From Oculina patagonica (taxonomy: Eukaryota): a stretch of DNA of 64,000 bases. Below the pieces are notes generated by a model, which did not search any database, was not told the origin of the DNA, and worked only from the letters and a program-made list of their open reading frames with translations. Below, piece by piece: positions 37,477-47,501 of the stretch; position 1 is the first letter of the stretch; every line of letters begins with the position of its first letter. The position numbers were made by a program, and so were the translations under genes. Where the stretch lies: positions 20,336,001 through 20,400,000 of the forward strand of contig NC_135764.1 in NCBI RefSeq assembly GCF_052425735.1. Direction: 5' to 3'.

Positions 37477-40400
37477 CTCTTTGGTACTTTTTTGTGTTTT
37501 TTTTTTTTTTTTTTTTTTTTTTGAGCTGAAGCACAGGGTACTACAACAAAAGAAATCACATGGAAGCTTTGGGATTAATTAATCTTTTCTTCTGTTTTAG
37601 TGCCCTAAGCCTCGACACAGTGTTCAATTTATATACCACAATAATAATACTGGTCTATCACAGTACATAACACATTGTACATGTACATCTCAATAAGTCC
37701 TTGCATATGACTAAAATTCTATTAATAATTTATTGTGCCCAGGGCTATAATTCTGATTATTGAGACAGTGTATTTTTTGTGTCTTTGTCCTTTACAGCTT
37801 GATCTCATTTAGTGAATTCCTGGCATTTGAGGCTTTATTGTGTGACCCTGGAGCTCAACACAAGATTGTTTTCCAGCTCTTTGACTTGGATGGCAAAGGA
37901 TCAGTCACATTTGGTATGCTTTTCTGTTTCCCAATTTTAACTATAAAGTTTTCTTAGCAATTATTATTGTGGGACAAAGGGTTTACATGTAGAGTTTGCC
38001 CTGTTGGCCATAAACTAAGTGTATTAAAAATACTGCAAAAGGCTAGCTTCCTACGCAGATGTTCTTAGGGCTCATCATGCCTTTCTCCGCTATTAAGAGA
38101 AATGCGTGACGAGCCCTTAGAAACATCTGCGTAGGAAGCTACATGTAGCAAAAAGCATATATATAACTGAAGTTTTTACTGCAGTTGCATTTGCTAGTAA
38201 GAGTTTTCTTATGAAATTGTTATTGTTTCGTGCAGATTTTGTTTAATCAGAAGTCAACTGGAAACTGTCCTTGGATAGTTATGAGACGATGACTGTATGA
38301 ATTAAAAAAATAAAGAATTTGACAGAATTAATTAAAAAGTGGTTGCACTTTTGGGCTCCATGGTGTAATGAGTTTTTAATTTGGAACATGATGAAGTGGT
38401 TCAGTTGTTATCCTGATATTGAAGGTCACAGTTACATTGCAGGACAGTAAAAAGACTAAGTCCTGTGTTATGTGTATGTTTTCAGATGAATTTGAAAATG
38501 TCATCAAGAAAACAACTTTCTTCAACAAAATAAAATTTAACTTTGAAACTGAGTTTGTGAAGACGTACTTTGGGAATGACAAGAAGACACATGTTCGTTT
38601 TGATGACTTCTCACATCTGCTACAGGTTTGTGATTTTCATTCCTTTCTCTCAGCCTCACAAAACTTTCGTGCGATAGCATTTTCAGTGTAGCATTGTCTT
38701 ATTTGTGGCACAGAGGCGTGGTGTCCTAATGGTTAGTGCACTGGACTCCCTTCAGATCAAGCAATCTGAGCCAAGCCCTGGCCAGGTTCTTTGTACTGTG
38801 TTCTTGGGCGAGACACTTAACTCTTGCAGTTTATTTGTCCTTGCAGGTGCTGGGGGTACATGTAATTCTTCAGAGGGTGTAAAATACTCCTGGTTGTGTG
38901 ATGTTACAGAAACCAGGATAATTATTAGCTCTGTGTAAAGGACACTTTGGCCTGACACACACTTATCCTTTATCTGAATTGCATGCAAGAAGTCATCTAC
39001 ATGTACTCTTATTACAGCTTATTTGCTGGTACCTATTTATACACTGGGTAAAGAGAAGCACTATCAGTGGCAGATCCAGACCTTCAGATAAGGGGGGACC
39101 CTGATCTTCCAGACCGTAGAATAAGGGAGGGGCCCACTCTCTAAAAAATAATTTTTTACGGCCCCTCTGGCCTCTATTTAAATTCTAAAAATTAGGTGGT
39201 GGCCTGGTCTCCCGGGTCCCTCCCTAGATCTGCCACTGACTACATGTATGAGAGTAAAGTGTCTTGCCCAAGAACAAAATGCAGTGACCCTGGCCAGGGC
39301 TTGAACCCAGACCACTCAATCCAGAGCCCAGTGCGCTAACCATAAGGGCACCATGTCTCCCATAGACTGGAAGGGTGGTTGAACATTGTTATTCTGTTTT
39401 AATTTCAGGATTTAGAAAAAGAATACCAACGGCAAGCCTTTTTCCAAAGCAAAATGCCTGATGGAGAGATAACAGCTGTTAAGTTTGCAGAGATCATGAA
39501 AGTTCTGAGAGGACACAAGCTGTCTCCATTTGTGAGAGAATACCTTTTAACAGTAAGAACTTGCTCTTTTTACATGTATGTACATGTACTCTGTGTTATA
39601 GCACATGAAGCGCACCAGCAGAGCACCATGGGTAACAAATTTTGGTAAACCCATCAAGCCAGGAAAATTTGGTAGTCACATCGAAGTAACTAGTAAGCAT
39701 CAGTTATGGCCAGATGTGACAAACCCGCATCCATCCATCTGTACAAACTCTCAGGGAGGTGGAGGCGGCGGAAAGGGGAGTCCCAAGATAACTAAACAGG
39801 GGGAGGTGAATGCCATCTTTTCTAAGATGGTTTTGTAGTGACTCAGGTCTCGGAAAAGTGTCTATTATCTGTATTAAGCAGGTTAATGTTAGAGAAAATG
39901 TTTGAGCCTTTTGTCGGGACAGACAAAACTGTCCATAATAGGCAGGTGTCCATAGAGTGGGGTTCCACTGAACCTAAAAGTGTGCATTAGACATTAGACA
40001 AACTTGTACACTGAATTTACAGTGTGGTTTTATGTACGCCTTAACTGTTGGAAGAATTGTTCCTTAGTTGTAAGAGTCAGTGGCAACCACTAGAGGAAGA
40101 AAGCTCTCCATATGTGGCACCATAGGCACAAGCTTCTTTGCTACAAAGACAACAACAACAACCATTTTATTTTGTCAGAATAAACATAGGGGATAGCACA
40201 GCATAAAACATTAACTTAAAAAAAAAATAAATAGCCAAAAAGAACTACTCAGAATAGTGAAAATTAAACAAGCTGAGTAGTTTCAAACATATATAATTTG
40301 ACTGGGTTGAACGTGTAGCACACTGAAGGATATGGGCAGTTGAATATTGACAGTTTCTCATTCATTACTCGCATATTAAGACAAGAATAATTGTCGTTTT

Positions 40401-43400
40401 GTTTTTGTTGTAGGCAGCTAGTGGAGAGGGTGGCCATCGTGTGAGTTACGGTTATTATAGGGCATTCAATACAATGTTAGACCATGTACAAGTTCTTCAC
40501 AATATGGCACTGAAAGCTGCAAAAGGGAATCGCTTCAAGGAGCTCAAAAAAGGTACAACAACCAGTCACTTGTATTCAACTAGAATAAAATGTACCCAAT
40601 TAGGTACCCCCCCCCCCCACTCCTTTGAAAAGCCCCTCCCCCCCCCATATGAATTTCGAAAGACTTCGTTGTTGTGGATATGAATGTTTCCTGGAACCCC
40701 ACAATACACCAAGATGTAGTCCACATTTGTACATAAACCACGGGCACCCATCAAGAATATAGTTCAAAACCACTTAAAGATAGCACCGTTGACCGTATTT
40801 TAGTATTTAAACGGTAGATATAGGCATATTTTTATCCCCTAAAAAATTTTCATCTGTTCGGATTTTCGTAGCTGAAAGTCTAGTGATCCAAAAGTTATAG
40901 GGATCAAAACTTGCCTTTTCGAAAAAATTCCAGCCAGAGAAAGGCTCCCGAAAATTCTAGGTGACCATTTTTTAGATATTCGAAAATCCTAGGAAAGGCA
41001 GGCAAGCAAAAAAATTTACAATGAATGTTCTGAAAATTCTAGATCTCAAATCGTCTACCGAACAGATATTTTAACGAAATATTCCGTTGGGTGCCCCTGA
41101 TAAACTCATGCTTCACCATTTATATTTATTTCAACAGACCTTCAGTTTCAAACTGATGATTACTATTGAAATTTCCCTGTTGTTAAAACCAACCTTATTT
41201 TGGCCAAGTCAATCTCTTCTTGCAGTTTTACAAATTTTCCTTTGTGAGCAAACAACGGGGAAAGGAACTTTCTGAAAATTACTTTGCACTTTGTAATACT
41301 GCCACACCACTGACCTAATATCACGTCATTCAAAATGGCCCACTGCAGACAAGAAAAGTCTGTTTTCCGCTGGATACATAACTATAAAATGGACTTTGAG
41401 AAAGCCTTACATAAAAACTGGCTCATGCATGTAGGGCAGTCAATTAGTATAGTACATGGCAATAGACCGGCTACAAATATTATCACAGGGAGCAGAGAAG
41501 CAAAATTTGACTTTTGATCTTTTTCGTGGCACTTGCCATTCATTATCCGATCTGTTTGTTTACACCAAGATAAGAATCTTCAAGTCCAATGTCATAGCAG
41601 TGCTTCTTTACGGGTGTGAAACCTGGAGAATGACCAAGGGGGGGGGGGGAAAAATAAAAAACTTTTTAAAAAATTTTTTAGGGGGAAAATAAAAAAATTA
41701 TGGGGAAAAAAAAGAGTAAAAAAGGAAGGTAAAAAAAAAGGAAAGGAAACGAACAACAAGAGAGAAAAAAAGGGGGGGAGGGGGGGGGAGGGGAGGGTTT
41801 AGGGCCCCCACAAAAACCCCCCCCGCGCACAAAANNNNNNNNNNNNNNNNNNNNNNNNNNNNNNNNNNNNNNNNNNNNNNNNNNNNNNNNNNNNNNNNNN
41901 NNNNNNNNNNNNNNNNNNNNNNNNNNNNNNNNNNNNNNNNNNNNNNNNNNNNNNNNNNNNNNNNNNNNNNNNNGAGAAAGGGGGAGGGGGTTGTTTATGT
42001 GACGATTAGCCTAGTAGACTAGGAGCAGTCCCTATTTTTTCGTCCCCATTTTTCGCAAGGTCATTTATTTTTTCACTTCAGCACACTTAACGGACTGTGC
42101 AAAAAAATAGGGACTGCTCATAAACTGTTAGCCCAGGGGGAAACTCTTTCAACAATTTGTTACATAATCCCAGCGGGTAATCCTTTCTGTACGAAAAGCA
42201 TAAGCTTTCTGAGCACAACAGGATAAAATGCTTAACAGACGCCTTAACAAAAAGATCCCAATGTATGACAAAAGCACGATAAAGATCCAATATTTTAATA
42301 GTCACAAAGGTCAAATTTGGCTCTTCTGCTCGCTGTGATATTACGACTAACCCAATTTAATGCAGTGAACACCCAGGGAAGGCCATCTTAAAAATTGCGA
42401 CTGCATACAATGCACTTTCATCACGCATGCAGCTTTTTCAAACCTGACAGCCCTGGTCATTGTAACTCATCAATTTTTAACCAATAGGCTCAAAATCTGA
42501 CTTTTAAAAATGTTAAGGAATAAAATTGTTTATGCAGGTCTCAGCTAAATAACCCGTTTTGTTTAATCCACCTTTAGTTGACATCTTACATGAAGCCAAA
42601 GCTGACTCGGAGGTATGTAATTCTGTACAGCAAAGACATTTTACTTGTAGTAAATACAGTTGAATCCTGATAACTCGAACCCTCAGTAACTCGAACTCCC
42701 GCTAACTCGAATCTTTTTCGATTCCCCTTCAGGTCATTTTCTTACTAATTTTACCCTCGATAACTCAAACTCCCGTAATCTCGAACCTTTTTTGATTTCC
42801 CTTGAAGGTTCGAGTTATCGGGATTCAACCGTACCTGTACAATATTTTTTTTTTTGGTTTTTAGTTACAGAAGATAGCTGGAGCTGTGTACGGAAATGTA
42901 CATGAAACTGTGGAGTGGGTCATAAAACTAACGTTGTTATTTCCTCATGCTAGAAAAATTCATCCACTTTCTTTTTTTTTTTTAATTTCAGATCACTCCT
43001 TTAGTTATTGACATTCTTTTCCATCTGTGTGACTTGGAACACAGAAGAGGGTAAGTGAAGCTACACTTATTTCACCCTGCAAGTACATGTATATAGAACA
43101 TCAATATAAAAACTAATAAAGGCAAGATAGGTGAATTCAATGTTCAAGCCTAGTAGCCCATCAGACCAGAGCTAACCCTGGCTCCATAGCATTAAGTGAC
43201 TACTAGGATCGAGTTCTTCTACTCCTCCCTGGATGGTATGTTCTCTGGTGCCCATTTACACACGTGGGTGGATAACACAACACTGTGACCCTGGCCAGAC
43301 TGCTCTGAATCTGGGGTCCAGTTAATAACAGTTAGGCCACCACCTCCTCCACTATTGAGAATCAAAATTTAGTCCAAGATTAAGGGACAAACTGTTTCTG

Positions 43401-46400
43401 AGTGAAAATTGGCAATGCAAAAAATACTTTTCGTAAGAAAATAATTTAGAGTACATTTAGAGTGATGTAGTTTCTCACTCCAAAATCCCGACAGTAAAAG
43501 GCACTGTGGTGAGGAAGACAGGCAACAAGGAAATATGGAAAAGGCACTTAACAATAATTTTGAATACATTAACTTCTATTTGTTTCAGACGTGTCACCGT
43601 GTCCGATGTGCATCAGATTATTCCCCGACGTGATGTGTTTAAAGTGTTCTCTACAGAAAGAATTGAGGAAGAGGTATGAATTGTTTATGAGCTTTGGAAA
43701 ACTGAATACACTTACTTGCTACAACTGAATACAGTACACTTACACGTATGTAAGATATCCGAATTACAGTTTTCCATTTTTTAGCGGAGCTCCATCGCGC
43801 AAAGCGTGCAAGTGGAACACCGTGGATAAGACATTTTGGTAACTTGTTGATGCGAGAAATCGTGGTTATGACGCCACCGTACGCCATCCAAATGTCCGCC
43901 CGTACAGACTCTAGGAGAGGGGAGGGGAGACCAAAGGCAACCGGGGAGGGGGAAAAAAACGTTTTTCTTGGCAGCAAAATAGTGGCACATTGTTCATTTT
44001 GTAAGCTGAATGAAAGCCGTAAAGAAAGCAGAAACACGAAAATATTTTTTTTGTAAATATTCCCCGTTGTATCTCCTCTAAAGTGTCCTGTATAGTGAAA
44101 AGTTATGACAAATGATTTAAGTTAACTGGAACATCCGAAATCGAAATAATCGCGGAACTAATCAAAAGATCTTGTACAAGTCTAAAGGAGCGAGAGCTTT
44201 AGCATTTTCTACTGTTCCCATGGCTGACAATTAATTGCGCTAACATAAATATTAGCTCAGAGTCGATCAAGTTCACTGAAGTGAAGGACAAACGACTTGA
44301 ACTACTGACAGTGACCTGGATGGAGAGTAAGAGATTGACCCTCACAGATTAATTTACATATAAAAAAAATTATCCGGGTAGTAAAACATTCTTATTGGTA
44401 CATTTATGTTCTTGGCCTAGTTGTTAAATAAGGCTGTTTACTGATTAGTCGTACAGTATACATTGTAGCATTAATGTTATGATAGGCGAGTACTGACTTC
44501 CTAAAATGTTGCAGATGATAGTGGAGCCCAAAGAGGATCAAGGCTCTATATTTTGGAAAGCAGTAGAGCAGTTTTATCGATTTGGAGTTGGATCTGTGGC
44601 TGGAGGTAAGATGTTTTTTTTTTTTTTATTTCCAACAATGATGTGAAAAAACTGCTAAACTTTGCCCTGGGGATTTTGTTGTGTTTTTGTTCCAAAAAAC
44701 GAAAAAGGTCGCGATACATGAGCCACAAAGCCGTATATGCATGTACAAAATGTATACACTTTTTTTGCTTTGTCAGTGAGCATCCTTTTAAGAAAAAAAA
44801 GTCATGAATTTATAACATTTTCTTTTTAATTTTCTATAACATTTCTTCAAATATTTATAAAGTAGGACAGTCGGGGTGAATAGTTCTAAGGGAGGTACTT
44901 AGTGTGCGAATAGTTATTGTGTTGGACACTTTGTGGAGAGGCCCAAATTTCAATGTCTTTGGGAAGCTGATACGTGGGCTGACCATAATAATAATTGAAA
45001 ATTTGAGACTGCTTTGGGACTTATCTGTGTAGCCCTCTTTGCTCCGACTGTACATAGAACCCGGCATCAGGAAACTGATCAGAATGGACCTTTCAATAAC
45101 ATACCAGTTTCCATACCAGTGTAACATACCAGTGTGCACTTTTTAAAAGCTACAGCGTGCTTGGCACTGACTTGTGATGTTTTATTCTACAGCGGCGGGT
45201 GCGACTGCAGTGTACCCCATTGATCTGGTAAAGACTCGAATGCAGAATCAGCGAGCTGTCCTGCCTCATGAGAGACTGTATGCCAACAGCTTTGACTGTT
45301 TTGTCAAAGTCATCAGAAATGAAGGCCCAAGAGGACTGTACAGAGGTTAGACATGTACTTTATGAAGAGGAGGCAGGTCTCTTGCGAATGTTCCTGCAAC
45401 AAGTCCCGTAGAAAAGTCGATTTGTGTAAATATCCTATTTTTGTTATAAAAATCTATACGCAAGGGCCAAAATTTGGTCCGTGTGACTTGTCCCCAATTT
45501 GAGGGAGCTTAAGCAGACTACGACAGCAACGTGAACGAGAACGTCACTAAACAAAAAAGTTTAATAAGCAGAATAATAACTCTGCGAGTGCGTTATAAAT
45601 CTTTGTACATTTCGTGGCCGTTCTCTGCAAAACAACAACGGCGGTTTAACGCACTCTTTACTTATTCAGCTGGAGCTACATGTAGTTTCTAAACCAATAG
45701 ATACACTGAACATACCTGGATAATCACGAGATTTTCGAGTAAAATATAGATTCTTTTTCACTGGGCGTTGTCCTCGGCGTCGCCGTCGTCATTGCTTAAG
45801 ATTCCTATTACTGAACGAAGAACAGTCAGCTCCCATTATAATATAACGGACACCTTTAGGACCACAAATTTTTTGTCCATAATAGAAGAAGTCATTGTTA
45901 TAGCGAGGTCCGCAAGGCGGGAGTTGCCTGTACTGATGGTAACCTTGAATATTTAGTAGCTAGGCCTGTAGAAGCGTATGTGGGAATTGATTTTTACCAC
46001 TAATAACGTGGACGTTTTAAGGCTTCATATTATGATATTTTTGTTCTCAGGATTACTGCCACAGATTGTTGGTGTTGCTCCAGAAAAAGCTATTAAATTA
46101 ACGGTAAGCTTAGACTACGAGCAGTCCCTATTTTTCGCAGAGTAATTTCGCTTCAAGCTCGACGGACTCTGCGAAAAAATAGGGACAGCTCGTAGTCTAC
46201 GGTAAGCTAAGCTCAACGTGACTGACTAGGTAACGAAAGAATGCGTGTGTATTTTACATAGCATTTTGTCTGTGACTCATTTTGAAGGCTTTTCTACCTG
46301 TTTTCATTGCCTACGTGTAAATGACACTTGTGAAAAGACTGTTGAAGGCCCAATTAATCCTCTTTAACTAAACCTCTTTTTGCTCCTCCTAGACAAACGA

Positions 46401-47437
46401 TTTTGTTCGTGATGTGTTCCGTGATAAAGATGGTTTTATCAGCTTACCGTTCGAGATTGTGGCTGGTGGATGTGTAAGTACATTTTGAGGCAGTGACAGA
46501 CTTTTAATTATGTTACAGCTGAATGATAACAAAAGTTGGGACGCTTTGGGAATGACAATGACTAATCCCTTCCCCCTTGCCACAGATACAAGTAAATAAA
46601 ATCGGCTTTGTTTAACGATCGCGAAAATTGCAGTAACACGTAACAGTCTAGCGACTGACAAACCTGTCGCCCTCGGATTTCCGATCGAATCGGAATTTAG
46701 AAGTGTTAGTTTTTATGGAGGGACGAAAACCGGAGAACCCTGGGAAAAACCCTAGGAGCAAGGACGAGAAGCAACAACAAACTCAACCCACATATGAGCC
46801 GGGTCTGGGAATCGAACCCGCGCCACATTGATGAAATGCGAACACTATCCCTGCCCCCAGGAGCAGGGATAGTCTCGCCACAAGAGATCGTGGATTTTCA
46901 ACTGTGAGATTGACAGGTTGTCATAAGGGAATTGTCCCAAGATCACTGTTTTGATCCTACATTACACCAGTATTATAGCTGGAGAGAGGGAAATGTTGGT
47001 ACACAACAATCTTGGTTGCCTAGCAACATGACGTATTCTCATTCCGTCATGCTGAGGTGACATTTAATAATTGGCGAGAAATAGTCGGACATGCTTGGAG
47101 TGCTTCAACGAAGCATGGTCTGAAAGGTGAGTGAAGTAACCACTCCCCCCGGTTTCATTGGTGTTTCTGATCATTTCAGGGAGGAGCCGCCCAGGTTCTC
47201 TTCACCAATCCTCTGGAGATAGTTAAAATCAGGTTGCAGGTGGCTGGGGAGATTGGAGCTACTGGTAAAGATAAGGTGACGGCCATGCGAGTCATTAGGG
47301 AACTGGGACTGACAGGACTTTACAAGGTATTCATCCACTGATGTTAGTTATTTTCTTTTTCAATAAAACACGCTGCCTCCTCCACCGGCGTTTCCACGGC
47401 CGATGAGCGCGGATTCTGGAGAGTCGCGAGTGGGAGG

Positions 47438-47501
<64 letters not shown>

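Larger units (their letters stand above)
41481..42340. mobile_element. TIR element spanning the assembly gap, with nested insertions
   Basis: tatcacagggagcagagaagcaaaatttgac is approximately the reverse complement of gtcaaatttggctcttctgctcgctgtgata. Confidence 0.55.

Noticed and set aside
37311-37582. Lys-rich or Phe-rich ORFs (also 33595-33798, 35369-35641, 41640-41834)
   Set aside because: They derive from homopolymer-rich, probably low-quality consensus sequence inside introns or intergenic DNA.
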